This document shows, one piece after another, positions 21,093-30,854 of a DNA stretch of 56,590 bases. Numbering within the stretch: position 1 is the stretch's first letter; each line of letters opens with the position of its first letter. Under the pieces are notes generated by a model. It had not been told where the DNA came from, did no database searches, and saw nothing but the letters and a program-made list of their open reading frames with translations. The translations under genes were made by a program, and so were the position numbers. Origin of the DNA: Ectothiorhodospiraceae bacterium (lineage in GTDB: Bacteria > Pseudomonadota > Gammaproteobacteria > Thiohalomonadales > Thiohalomonadaceae); the NCBI GenBank assembly GCA_007125455.1, contig SLDE01000019.1:1-56590 (forward strand), in the 5' to 3' direction.

Positions 21093-23186
21093 TTACCCTG
21101 GCAGCTTGAAGCCGGATACCGAGCGTTTCAGGTCGCTGGCCAGCCCAGCCAGGTTACCGATGGAGGATGCCGTTTGACTGGTACCCTCCGAGGTCTGAGT
21201 GGTGATCTCCTGGATGATGTTCATGGTGTCGGAGATATTTGCTGCCGCACCGGCCTGTTGGCGGGTGGCGTTGGTAATGCTCTGTACCAATTCAGCCAGG
21301 TTGGCCGCCACGTGCTCGATCTCACCCAGTGCAGAACCGGCATCCTCGGCCAGACGTGCCCCGGCGACTACCCCGGAGGTACTCTGCTCCATCGAGATGA
21401 CCGCCTCGTTGGTATCTGTCTGGATGGTCTTTACCAGGGCTTCGATCTGCTTGGTCGCGTCGGAGGAGCGTTCCGCCAGGCGGGTCACCTCATCCGCAAC
21501 CACCGCGAAGCCGCGCCCGGCCTCACCGGCCATGGCCGCCTGGATCGCCGCGTTCAATGCCAGGATGTTGGTCTGCTCGGCGATGTCGTTAATCAGCTCG
21601 ACGATATCCCCGATCTCCTGGGAGCTCTCACCCAGACGTTTAATACGCTTCGAGGTCTCCTGGATCTGCTCGCGGATGCTATCCATCCCGCGGATGGTGT
21701 TCTGTACCGCCTCGGCACCCTTCTTGGCGATCTGTACCGAGCGCTCGGACTCTTCGGCCAACTGGTCTGCGTTGCGTGATACCCCTTCGATGGAGGCCGC
21801 CATCTCGTTAACCGCCGCACTCGCCGAGGCGATCTGTTGGGCCTGATGTTCACTCGCCTCGGCCAGGTGGGTCGCCGTGGCCTGGGTGGTCTCTGCCGCG
21901 TTGGTTACCTGGGTAGCGGTTTCGTTGATCGCGGTAACCAGGCTACGCAGCGCCTCAATGGTATAGTTCATCGAGTCGGCGATCGCCCCGGTGATGTCCT
22001 CGGTAACTGTCGCGTTTACGGTCAAGTCACCGTCAGCCAGGTCACCCATTTCATCGAGCAGGCGCATGATCGCCTGCTGGCTGCGGCGATTCTGCTCCTC
22101 GGTGCGCTCACGCAGTGCCTCAGTAGCACGCAGTCGGGCATCGCCATCCTTGCGCAGGCGCCAGCCCAGCAAGAGCAGCAGGAATACCGCCAACAGGGCG
22201 AAGAGATTACCCAGCATCGCGGTGACCACACGGGAATCGACCTCCTGTTGATAGGCCACTTCCAGCTCGTTGAGGTTTTCCAGCAGGGTATCGGAGTCGT
22301 TCAGGATATTTTGTACCGCCTCAGAGACCAGGAACATCTCTGGGCTGCGCTCAAGGATCCCGCCCACCTGGCGGCCGAGCATATCGAACAGCTCGCTCAC
22401 ATCCTCCAGCTTCTCGACAATCTCACGGTCGGTAACCCGACGGATATCCATCGCCCGGTCACCTTCCATCAGGCCGTTGAGTACCCGCCCATACAGCGCG
22501 GCATCACGACCAAAGCGGTCGGCGGCGGTTACCGCCCCTTCGCCGCCTTCGAGCACGCGGTTAACATTATTGATAATCCGCTGACTGAGCATCAACTGAC
22601 GGCTGGCGATATAGACCTGATCGGCACTGCCCCCCTTTTGTGCCATCAAGGTGGCCACCTCATCGGTGAGGGCCAGCAATTGAGCGGAATTCTCGTTGAT
22701 CATGCGCACGATCTCGCGCAGCGCGATAACCACTGAGCGTGCCTCAATGATCACCTGGGTATCCTGGTTATAGCGGCGCCACTGGCGGCTGGTCTCATTC
22801 AGTGTGCGCAGTACTTCATCGGAGCTTGCGGCGGGCATGCCGGTCTCGGGGTCACCCGCCTGCAAGAGCTGAAGATTATGGGCAAACTCATCGCGGTAGC
22901 GGCGCAGTTGGTCGAAGGTGGCCGGGGAGCCCTGGCTCGCCTGGCCCGCATACTTGGAGATCTGCTGGGAAAGGACTCGCTGCTCCCCCACCAGGCCGAG
23001 ATATTGCGCGTCGTTGTTATTCTGGATAGCTACGATGGTATAGACAATCGCCATCGCCAAGAGGGCACTTAGCAGCAATACAACATAGATGGCCAAGCCC
23101 TTGCTGGCAGCTTCGCCCCCGGCTGCCCCACCTTTACTGCCGCCCTTACCCTTTGCTCGTATTTTTGACATCAACGGCAACTTCAT
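21093..23186 (-). CDS. pilJ: methyl-accepting chemotaxis protein PilJ
   Basis: 697-aa ORF with an N-terminal TM, a PilJ-type periplasmic region, HAMP, and the conserved MCP signalling hairpin ...EQTNILALNAAIQAAMAGEAGRGFAVVADEVTRLAERS... Confidence 0.9.
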   Translation of the reverse strand: MKLPLMSKIRAKGKGGSKGGAAGGEAASKGLAIYVVLLLSALLAMAIVYTIVAIQNNNDAQYLGLVGEQRVLSQQISKYAGQASQGSPATFDQLRRYRDEFAHNLQLLQAGDPETGMPAASSDEVLRTLNETSRQWRRYNQDTQVIIEARSVVIALREIVRMINENSAQLLALTDEVATLMAQKGGSADQVYIASRQLMLSQRIINNVNRVLEGGEGAVTAADRFGRDAALYGRVLNGLMEGDRAMDIRRVTDREIVEKLEDVSELFDMLGRQVGGILERSPEMFLVSEAVQNILNDSDTLLENLNELEVAYQQEVDSRVVTAMLGNLFALLAVFLLLLLGWRLRKDGDARLRATEALRERTEEQNRRSQQAIMRLLDEMGDLADGDLTVNATVTEDITGAIADSMNYTIEALRSLVTAINETATQVTNAAETTQATATHLAEASEHQAQQIASASAAVNEMAASIEGVSRNADQLAEESERSVQIAKKGAEAVQNTIRGMDSIREQIQETSKRIKRLGESSQEIGDIVELINDIAEQTNILALNAAIQAAMAGEAGRGFAVVADEVTRLAERSSDATKQIEALVKTIQTDTNEAVISMEQSTSGVVAGARLAEDAGSALGEIEHVAANLAELVQSITNATRQQAGAAANISDTMNIIQEITTQTSEGTSQTASSIGNLAGLASDLKRSVSGFKLPG

Positions 23187-23269
23187 CTCATTTTGCTCCC
23201 AAAGCGTTTCCGTGAATTCCTGAATTATTGTTTGCGCCCTTTGGCGGTCGCATACCTAATCGCCCCAGC

Positions 23270-23812
23270 CTAGGCGGCGGCGGCCATAAACTCCGGCATC
23301 TCCGACAGGCGGTGGATATCCAAAACTCCCCAGCTGTCGCCCCCTTGGCGGTAGATGCCACTGGCATATTTTTGCATCGTCGACGGCAACCGCTCGACGC
23401 TCTCACTCAACTCTTCCTCCAGGAAGTGGCGCATGCCCAGCACCTCGTCGACCACCAAGCCGGCATGCACCCCGCGGTGCTGAAGCACCAGTACACGCGA
23501 GCGCCGGGTCATGCGTGATGTCTCATCGAGCACCAGACCACTCAGATCGAGGATCGGCAGCAGATTCCCGCGCACATTGGCCACCCCCTTAACCCAAGGT
23601 TTGACCCCAGGCAGACGACTCAGGCTGACGTGGGTAAGGATCTCCTTAACCTGGCTCATTTCGGCCACAAGTTGGTACTCGCCCAGACGGAAGCCGACAC
23701 CATCCCAAGTGACCTTAACCTCCAACTGCTGAGGCAGCGGTTGGGCGTGCATACGGCTACGCCGATCCAATTCCTGTAACAGCTGCAGCGGGCTGGCCGG
23801 TAGTTGTGTCAC
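23270..23812 (-). CDS. pilI: CheW-like protein PilI
   Basis: 180-aa ORF with GTG start. ...LPGVKPWVKGVANVRGNLLPILDLSGL... aligns with P. aeruginosa PilI as recalled. Confidence 0.88.
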   Translation of the reverse strand: MTQLPASPLQLLQELDRRSRMHAQPLPQQLEVKVTWDGVGFRLGEYQLVAEMSQVKEILTHVSLSRLPGVKPWVKGVANVRGNLLPILDLSGLVLDETSRMTRRSRVLVLQHRGVHAGLVVDEVLGMRHFLEEELSESVERLPSTMQKYASGIYRQGGDSWGVLDIHRLSEMPEFMAAAA

Positions 23813-23830
23813 GCGCGTAGACTCCCTGGG

Positions 23831-24196
23831 TTAACCGGCGATCAGTGCGTTGACCTTATCCACCAGCATGCTTTCTTCTACCGGCTTGGTCAGATAATCC
23901 TTGGCACCCTGACGCAGACCCCACACCCGATCAGTCTCCTGATCCTTGGTGGTAACAATGATGATAGGGATATGGGATGTTTCATCATCCCGGGACAACT
24001 GACGGGTTGCCTGGAAACCGTTCATACCGGGCATTACCACATCCATCAGGATGAGTTCGGGCTTTTCCGCCTTGGCCTTGGCGACACCTTCCTCACCATT
24101 GCTGGCGGTAATGACGCTATGGCCCAGCTTTTCAAGAATGGTTGACAGTACATGGATCTCTGTTGGGGAATCATCCACGATCAAGATCTGCGCCAT
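23831..24196 (-). CDS. pilH: CheY-like response regulator PilH
   Basis: 121 aa, MAQILIVDDSPTE...VTTKDQETDRVWGLRQGAKDYLTKPV, near-identical pattern to PilH. Confidence 0.92.
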   Translation of the reverse strand: MAQILIVDDSPTEIHVLSTILEKLGHSVITASNGEEGVAKAKAEKPELILMDVVMPGMNGFQATRQLSRDDETSHIPIIIVTTKDQETDRVWGLRQGAKDYLTKPVEESMLVDKVNALIAG

Positions 24197-24271
24197 ACAT
24201 ATACTCCTACAAAAGACAAGATTCTATTCAACGGGCCGTGGCCTTAGCTGCTTTGGGCCAGGGCGAAATAT

Positions 24272-24676
24272 TTAAGATGCATTTTTCAAGGCATGTTGCT
24301 CAATCGCGCCGAGCAACTCCTCTTTGGTAAAGGGTTTGGTCAGATACTGCTCGGAACCAACGATACGACCTCGCGCACGATCGAACAGGCCGTCTTTGCT
24401 GGAGAGCATAATGACCGGGGTATTTTTGAACTTCTGGTTATGCTTGATGAGGGCACAGGTCTGGTAGCCGTCCAGCCTGGGCATCATGATATCTACGAAG
24501 ATGATTTGCGGATTATGGTCGGCGATCTTAGAAAGTGCCTCGAACCCATCGTTGGCAGTGATCACCTCACAGCCTTCCTTCTTCAGCAAGGTTTCAGCGG
24601 TGCGCCGAATCGTCTTACTGTCGTCAATCACCATGACTTTTAGGCCCTGCATGCCTGCTGCCGCTTCGCTAGTCAC
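24272..24676 (-). CDS. pilG: CheY-like response regulator PilG
   Basis: GLKVMVIDDSKTIRRTAETLLKKEGCEVITANDGFEALSKIADHNPQIIFVDIMMPRLDGYQTCALIK... matches PilG. GTG at 24676 or ATG at 24652 as start. Confidence 0.92.
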   Translation of the reverse strand: MTSEAAAGMQGLKVMVIDDSKTIRRTAETLLKKEGCEVITANDGFEALSKIADHNPQIIFVDIMMPRLDGYQTCALIKHNQKFKNTPVIMLSSKDGLFDRARGRIVGSEQYLTKPFTKEELLGAIEQHALKNAS

Positions 24677-24794
24677 GCTTCCCCCGACTCCGTAATATTG
24701 CTGTTCTTGACCATGACACCCGGGCGCAGTGCTACTGCCCTTTCCCGCCCTGTGCCGAGATTATTGCTACCATCCTGCCTTGCCACTGGCAGAA

Positions 24795-24810
24795 TGGCAA
24801 TATGTTTGCA
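24795..24810 (+). promoter_or_regulatory. candidate sigma-54 (-24/-12) promoter
   Basis: TGGCAA-TATGT-TTGCA compared with the consensus TGGCAC-N5-TTGCW. The GG-N10-GC spacing is exact. Lies 185 nt upstream of gshB in the pilG/gshB divergent spacer. No enhancer-binding site recognised. Confidence 0.3.
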
Positions 24811-24994
24811 CACCACGAATACGCTGTGGCGCGACACCATCGCTGGCAACTATTTACCATATTCTTTAAATTCAATCCATAACCCGATGGTATTTATGTG
24901 AATTCTCACGACATAAACCCGCAATGAGTCCTCGATTGCAATCCCGGCCTCTTCATCGCAGAATTCACCTATTACCAATCACATAGGTAGAGCT

Positions 24995-25948
24995 ATGAGC
25001 GTATCCCTTGGCGTGATCATGGATCCCATCCAGTCCATTCACTACCACAAGGACAGTACCCTGGCGATGCTGCTGGCGGCGCAACAACGGGGGTGGACGC
25101 TCTGGTACATGGAAATGAGCGACCTCTCTCTCCATGATGGCGAGCCCCTGGCGCGCATGCGCCCGCTGCAGGTCTATGCCGATCCCGAGCACTGGTTTAG
25201 CCTGGGTGAGGCCGAGCAACGGCCACTGTATCATCTCGATACCCTGCTGATGCGCAAAGACCCGCCTTTTGACATGGAATTCATCTACGCCACCTACATG
25301 CTCGAACTGGCACAGCAGCGTGGTACCTTGGTGGTCAACCGCCCCGCCAGCTTGCGCGACGCCAATGAAAAGGTCTTCACTAGCCACTTTCCCCAATGCG
25401 CCCCGCCCACCCTGGTCACCCGTTGCAGCAACGAGATCCGCCAGTTTATCGCACAGCACCACCAGATAATTCTCAAACCCCTGGAGGGAATGGGGGGGGC
25501 CTCGATCTTCAAGCTCGAACAGGGCGACCCCAACACCAGCGTGATCATCGAGACCCTCACCGACCACGGTCGCCGCTATGCCATGGCACAGCGCTTTGTG
25601 CCCGAGATCAGCGCCGGGGACAAGCGTATCCTGCTGATCGACGGCGAGCCCGTCCCATACGCGCTGGCCAGGATCCCCGCGCAGGGCGAGCTGCGCGGCA
25701 ACCTGGCGGCGGGTGGACGTGGGCAGGGAGTCCCCCTCAGCGAGCGAGACTACTGGATCTGCCACGAACTGGCACCCAAATTACGCGAAAAGGGGCTGAT
25801 ATTCGTCGGCATCGACGTGATCGGCGATTACCTTACCGAGATCAACGTCACCAGCCCCACCTGCATACGCGAGCTGGACAAACAGTACGGACTGGATATC
25901 GGTGGCCAGCTGATCGAGGCGATTGCCCGGCACCTGGATAAGCCATGA
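24995..25948 (+). CDS. gshB: glutathione synthetase
   Basis: 317 aa, MSVSLGVIMDPIQSIHYHKDSTLAMLLAAQQRG..., collinear with E. coli GshB. Confidence 0.93.
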   Translation: MSVSLGVIMDPIQSIHYHKDSTLAMLLAAQQRGWTLWYMEMSDLSLHDGEPLARMRPLQVYADPEHWFSLGEAEQRPLYHLDTLLMRKDPPFDMEFIYATYMLELAQQRGTLVVNRPASLRDANEKVFTSHFPQCAPPTLVTRCSNEIRQFIAQHHQIILKPLEGMGGASIFKLEQGDPNTSVIIETLTDHGRRYAMAQRFVPEISAGDKRILLIDGEPVPYALARIPAQGELRGNLAAGGRGQGVPLSERDYWICHELAPKLREKGLIFVGIDVIGDYLTEINVTSPTCIRELDKQYGLDIGGQLIEAIARHLDKP

Positions 25949-26066
25949 AGCCGCTTGCCAACATGACACAGCCCATCCCCCCGCGGCGCGGCGCTTGCCG
26001 AGCGCAACCCAGACCCCAGGGCATAGGGTATAATCCCCCGATACCGCCATACGGACAACCTGAGTA

Positions 26067-26954
26067 GTGACCACGATCGCCTCACCACAACGCGTCTCCG
26101 ATGCTGATCGCCTCGGCCTGACCCTGTTCATCGCCATTGCCCTGCACCTGCTGGTGATCCTGGGTATTGGCTTCGAGATGGACCTGTTCAGCCCACGCGA
26201 ACTGCCCGACTCCATGGAGATCATCCTGGTGCACAGCAAGAGTGAAGAGGAGCCGGATGATGCCGACTACCTCGCCCAGGTCAGCCAGCGCGGTGGCGGT
26301 CAGGTGGAGGAGCAACTGCGCCCCTCCAGCCCCGAAATGGCATTGCAGCAACGAGACCAACAGGGTGATGCCCCCGAGGAACGCCCCCTCAGCGCCCCCC
26401 CTCCCGTCCCGGCACAACCCGAGCGCGAGGTGATGACCACCGAGCTGGAGCAGACACAACGTATCGAGCAGGCCGAGCCTGAGACCCAGCAGCCGGACCA
26501 GCCAGCCCCCACCGCCGCCGAATTGATGCAGCGCAGTCGCGAGATCGCCCGTCTCGCCGCCGAGATCCGCCAGCGCCAGCAGGCCTACGCGCAAATGCCA
26601 CGCGAGCGCACCATCTCGGCCAACACCCGCGAGTCGATCTACGCCACCTACCAGGACGCCTGGCGCCAGAAGGTAGAGCGCATCGGCAACCTCAACTACC
26701 CTGATGATGCACGGCGCCAGAATCTCAGCGGCGCGTTGTTGCTGCTGGTTTCGATTCGTCCCGATGGCAGCCTGGCCAATGTCGAAGTGCTGCGCTCCTC
26801 CGGCCACAATGCACTGGATGAGGGTGCCAAGCGTATCGTCGAGATGGCCGCCCCCTACGCCCCCTTCTCAGCGGAAATGCGCGAGGAGATCGATATCCTG
26901 CATATCACCCGCGTCTGGCAGTTCACCTCCGGGGACCGTCTGGCCACCCACTGA
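26067..26954 (+). CDS. tonB: TonB-family energy transducer (TonB3-like position next to the pil-chp cluster)
   Basis: GTG start. N-terminal TM LFIAIALHLLVILG, a Pro/Glu/Gln-rich spacer, and a C-terminal TonB domain YPDDARRQNLSGALLLLVSIRPDGSLANVEVLRSSGHNALDEGAKRIV. Confidence 0.8.
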   Translation: MTTIASPQRVSDADRLGLTLFIAIALHLLVILGIGFEMDLFSPRELPDSMEIILVHSKSEEEPDDADYLAQVSQRGGGQVEEQLRPSSPEMALQQRDQQGDAPEERPLSAPPPVPAQPEREVMTTELEQTQRIEQAEPETQQPDQPAPTAAELMQRSREIARLAAEIRQRQQAYAQMPRERTISANTRESIYATYQDAWRQKVERIGNLNYPDDARRQNLSGALLLLVSIRPDGSLANVEVLRSSGHNALDEGAKRIVEMAAPYAPFSAEMREEIDILHITRVWQFTSGDRLATH

Positions 26955-27028
26955 GCAATACACCTAAGTCGACGCTTTTATGCCCTTTTCCCTTCCCTCA
27001 CCCATCCCTCCCCTCTTATACTGTCAGC

Positions 27029-27592
27029 ATGAGTAAATTCCACAGCCTGGCCAACCACTTCCTGATCGCCATGCCCGCGCTGGCCGATCCCCATTTCCAT
27101 CACACCGTGACCTACATCTGCGAACACAACGAAGAGGGGGCGATGGGGATCATCATCAATCGCACCCTGCCGCTCACCATCGGTGAGGTGCTTGAACAGA
27201 TGAAGATCGTCCCCAGCAATAGCCTGGATACCACCCTGCCCATCCACGATGGCGGCCCGGTCAAGCGTGAACACGGCTTTGTACTGCATACCCCCGCCGG
27301 GGCCTGGGAGACCAGCCTGGTGATCAGCGACGAACTGGCGCTGACCACCTCACTGGATATCCTCTCCGCCATCGCCTATCAGGAAGGGCCACGTCGCGCC
27401 CTGATCAGCCTCGGCTACGCAGGCTGGGGGGCCGGGCAACTGGAAGAGGAAATGGCACAGAACGCCTGGCTTAGCGGACCTGCAGACATCGGCATTCTGT
27501 TTGATACCCCGCTGGAGGATCGCTGGCAGGCCGCCGCTGCCCTGTTGGGGGTGGATCTGGGGCGCCTTTCCAGCGAGATCGGCCACGCATGA
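27029..27592 (+). CDS. yqgE: YqgE/AlgH family (UPF0301) protein
   Basis: 187 aa, MSKFHSLANHFLIAMPALADPHFHHTVTYICEHNEEGAMGIIINR, the hallmark N-terminus. Confidence 0.9.
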   Translation: MSKFHSLANHFLIAMPALADPHFHHTVTYICEHNEEGAMGIIINRTLPLTIGEVLEQMKIVPSNSLDTTLPIHDGGPVKREHGFVLHTPAGAWETSLVISDELALTTSLDILSAIAYQEGPRRALISLGYAGWGAGQLEEEMAQNAWLSGPADIGILFDTPLEDRWQAAAALLGVDLGRLSSEIGHA

Positions 27593-28026
27593 AACCCCGG
27601 CTGGTACTGGGCTTCGACTTCGGCAGCAAACGCATTGGCGTAGCCGTCGGCCAGGAGTTGACCGCTACCGCCCGCGAATTGGTCACCCTCAACAACCGCA
27701 ACGGCGCGCCGGACTGGGAGGCGATCACCGGCCTGATCGAGCAGTGGCAACCGGACGCCCTGGTGGTCGGCCTGCCACTCAACCTCGATGGCACAGACCA
27801 CGAGGTTAGCCGCCTGGCCAGACGCTTTGGTAATCGGCTGCACGGCAGGTACAATCTGCCGGTATTCCACATCGACGAGCGGCTGAGCTCGGCCGAGGCC
27901 GAGCAGCAGCTCGCCGGCAAGCGCCAACACGACAAGGGCGAGGTGGACAGGGTGGCCGCCCGCCTGATCCTGGAGAGCTGGCTGAGCGAGCAACAACAGA
28001 ACTCCCTCAAGACAGGGCAAGCATGA
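27589..28026 (+). CDS. ruvX: Holliday-junction-resolvase-like nuclease RuvX/YqgF
   Basis: 145 aa, LVLGFDFGSKRIGVAVGQ... ATGA overlap with yqgE. Confidence 0.9.
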   Translation: MKPRLVLGFDFGSKRIGVAVGQELTATARELVTLNNRNGAPDWEAITGLIEQWQPDALVVGLPLNLDGTDHEVSRLARRFGNRLHGRYNLPVFHIDERLSSAEAEQQLAGKRQHDKGEVDRVAARLILESWLSEQQQNSLKTGQA

Positions 28027-28535
28027 ACGACAACACACCACACGATATACCCGCCCTGCTGGAGCAGATGAGCGGGCAGCTACGCGAGCTGCTCGGGCAA
28101 CAGGAACTCGAACAGGCGGCGATGCTGGGGATCCACACCGGCGGCGCCTGGGTGGCACGCGAGCTACACCGCCAACTGGGGCTAAGCACACCGCTGGGCA
28201 GCCTGGATATCAGCTTTTATCGCGACGATTTCTCGCGCATCGGCATGCACCCCCAGGTGCGCCCCTCCGAACTGCCCTTTGAGGTAGAGGATCGCACCAT
28301 CCTGCTGGTCGACGATGTGCTGCAATCCGGGCGCACCATCCGCGCGGCGATGAACGAGATCTTCGACTACGGCCGCCCTGCCCGCATCATCCTCGTGGTG
28401 CTGGTGGAGCGTAGCGGGCGCGAACTGCCGATCCAGCCCGATGTCTGCGGCCTGCATATCCACCTGGCCCCCAAACACCAGATCAAACTCATCGGCCCCG
28501 AGCAGCTCAAACTGCAGATCCAGGAGGTGTCATGA
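28023..28535 (+). CDS. pyrR: PyrR, pyr regulatory protein/uracil phosphoribosyltransferase
   Basis: 170 aa with PRTase motif [17 protein letters not shown]. Overlaps ruvX and pyrB by 4 nt each. Confidence 0.88.
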   Translation: MNDNTPHDIPALLEQMSGQLRELLGQQELEQAAMLGIHTGGAWVARELHRQLGLSTPLGSLDISFYRDDFSRIGMHPQVRPSELPFEVEDRTILLVDDVLQSGRTIRAAMNEIFDYGRPARIILVVLVERSGRELPIQPDVCGLHIHLAPKHQIKLIGPEQLKLQIQEVS

Positions 28536-29524
28536 TCCAGCAAAACCCGCAACTGGATGCGCAGGGGCGGCTGCGCCACTTCCTCACCACCGAGGGGCTC
28601 TCACGTCAGCAACTGACCGAGATCCTCGACCTGGCCGAATCCTTCGCCACCGTCAGTGGCAAGAGTGTCAAGAAGGTCCCGCTGCTGCGCGGCAAGACCA
28701 TCGTCAACCTCTTCTTCGAGACCAGCACCCGCACCCGTACCACCTTTGAGCTGGCCGCCAGCCGCCTCTCCGCCGACGTGCAAAGCATCAATATCGCCAC
28801 CTCCGCCACCAGCAAGGGCGAAAGCCTGTTGGATATGCTGCACAACCTGGAGGCGATGCACTGCGACATGTTCGTAGTACGCCACGCCGACAGCGGCGCG
28901 GCGCATTTTATCGCCCGCCATGTTGCCCCCCACGTCAGCGTGATCAATGCCGGCGACGGGCGCCATGCCCACCCCACCCAGGCCATGCTGGACGCCTTCA
29001 CCATTCGCCGCCACAAGGGTGAGTTTCCGGCGCTGAAGGTGGCCATCGTCGGCGACATTCTCCACTCGCGCGTCGCCCGCTCCCAGATCCATGCCTTCAA
29101 CACCCTGGGCGTCGGTGAGCTGCGGGTGATCGGCCCCAAGACCCTGATCCCTCCCGCCGCCAGCAGCCTGGGGGTGAGGATCTTTCATGATATGCAGGCC
29201 GGTCTTGAGGATGTGGATGTGGTGATCATGCTACGTCTACAAAAGGAACGCATGCGCGGTGCCCTACTACCCAGCGAGGGAGAGTTCTTCCAACGCTACG
29301 GCCTGAGCGAAAAAAAGCTCGCCCACGCCAAGCCCGATGCCATCGTAATGCATCCGGGGCCGATCAACCGCGGGGTAGAGATCGCCTCGGCGGTGGCGGA
29401 TGGGCCACAATCGGTGATCCTCGATCAGGTCAGCAATGGGCTGGCGATCCGCATGGCGGTCATGAGCATGGTACTGGGGCGACAGCCCGCACCACTCGAA
29501 CAGCCGACGGAGGCACAGCCATGA
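28532..29524 (+). CDS. pyrB: aspartate carbamoyltransferase catalytic subunit
   Basis: 330 aa with motifs [13 protein letters not shown] and HPGP. Confidence 0.93.
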   Translation: MIQQNPQLDAQGRLRHFLTTEGLSRQQLTEILDLAESFATVSGKSVKKVPLLRGKTIVNLFFETSTRTRTTFELAASRLSADVQSINIATSATSKGESLLDMLHNLEAMHCDMFVVRHADSGAAHFIARHVAPHVSVINAGDGRHAHPTQAMLDAFTIRRHKGEFPALKVAIVGDILHSRVARSQIHAFNTLGVGELRVIGPKTLIPPAASSLGVRIFHDMQAGLEDVDVVIMLRLQKERMRGALLPSEGEFFQRYGLSEKKLAHAKPDAIVMHPGPINRGVEIASAVADGPQSVILDQVSNGLAIRMAVMSMVLGRQPAPLEQPTEAQP

Positions 29525-30804
29525 ACACACTCCTCATCCGTGCTGGCCGTCTGATCGATCCGGCCAATCACAGCGACCAGCTCGCCGACCTCTACCTGGA
29601 CAACGGCCAGGTGGTCGCCATCGGCAGCCCCCCGGACGGATTCCAGCCCAGCCACACCATCGACGCCAGCGGGAAGTGGGTGCTGCCGGGCCTGGTGGAT
29701 CTGCAGGCTCGCCTGCGTGAACCGGGTGCCAAGCACAAAGGCAGCATCGCCAGCGAAAGCGCGGCGGCGGCGGCCAGCGGCATCACGACCCTGTGCTGCC
29801 CACCCGATACCCATCCGGTGATCGATAGCCCGGCGGTGGCCGAGCAGATCCGTCAGCGTGCCGCCGCCAGCGGGATGGCACGGGTGCTGCCCATCGGGGC
29901 CCTCACCCAAGGGCTGGAGGGAGAGCAACTGGCCTCCATGCAGGCCCTCCATCAGGCCGGCTGTGTGGCGATGAGCAACGCACATCGGCCCATCACCAAT
30001 ACCCTGGTACAACGCCGCGCCCTGGAGTACGCCGCCACCCTCGGCCTGACCGTACTGATCAATGCGGAAGACCCCTGGCTGGCCGCCGATGGCTGTGTCC
30101 ACGAGGGGCCCCTGAGCACTCGCATGGGCCTCTCCGGGATCCCCGAGTGTGCCGAGGTGATCGCGGTAGGCCGCGACCTGATGTTGATCGAACAAACCGG
30201 CGTACGCGCCCACTTCAGCCAGCTATCCAGCGCCCGCGCGGTGGAGATGATAGCCCAGGCCAAGGCACGTGGCCTGAAGGTCAGCGCCGACGTAAGCGCC
30301 CACCAACTTTTTCTCACCGAGATGGACATCAGCGACTTCAACAGCCTCTGTCACGTGCGCCCGCCACTACGTAGCCAACGTGACCGGGATGCGCTGCGCG
30401 CCGCCCTCAGTGACGGGGTGATCGATGCCATTTGCTCCGATCATCAGCCCCATGACCGTGATGCCAAGCTGGCCCCCTTCCCTGCCACCGAGCCGGGGAT
30501 CAGTGCGCTGGAAACCTTGCTGCCCCTCACCCTGCGCCTGGTGGATGAAGGGGTGCTGCCGCTCTCCCGTGCCATCGCGGCACTGACCATTGAGCCCGCC
30601 CGTATCCTGGGGCTGGCGCACGGACAACTGAGCGTCGGCAGCGCGGCGGATCTGTGCATCGTCGCCCCGAACATTCCCTGGAGCGTGCGAGCCAACGCAC
30701 TGCACTCCGCCGGCAAGAACACCCCCTTCGAGGGCTGGGAATTGCCGGGGCAGGTCACCCACACCCTGCTGGGAGGCGAGATCGTTTTCCAGCGGGATGA
30801 ATAA
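29521..30804 (+). CDS. pyrC: dihydroorotase-like protein, probably non-catalytic (PyrC')
   Basis: 427-aa DHOase fold. The metal-binding DxHxH is replaced by [15 protein letters not shown] becomes NAED, and the second His of the H..H pair becomes Q (AHFSQLSS). SDHQPH is retained. Confidence 0.8.
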   Translation: MNTLLIRAGRLIDPANHSDQLADLYLDNGQVVAIGSPPDGFQPSHTIDASGKWVLPGLVDLQARLREPGAKHKGSIASESAAAAASGITTLCCPPDTHPVIDSPAVAEQIRQRAAASGMARVLPIGALTQGLEGEQLASMQALHQAGCVAMSNAHRPITNTLVQRRALEYAATLGLTVLINAEDPWLAADGCVHEGPLSTRMGLSGIPECAEVIAVGRDLMLIEQTGVRAHFSQLSSARAVEMIAQAKARGLKVSADVSAHQLFLTEMDISDFNSLCHVRPPLRSQRDRDALRAALSDGVIDAICSDHQPHDRDAKLAPFPATEPGISALETLLPLTLRLVDEGVLPLSRAIAALTIEPARILGLAHGQLSVGSAADLCIVAPNIPWSVRANALHSAGKNTPFEGWELPGQVTHTLLGGEIVFQRDE

Positions 30805-30854
30805 AACCGACGGCATCCGTAGTGTCGTCTGCGCTGCAAACCATAGGGTTCGAC

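Noticed and set aside
26983-27017. 35-nt polypyrimidine (C/T) tract between tonB and yqgE
   Set aside because: It is striking by eye, but it has no strict periodicity, no complementary purine arm nearby, and no mirror symmetry that I could confirm. I could not assign a function.
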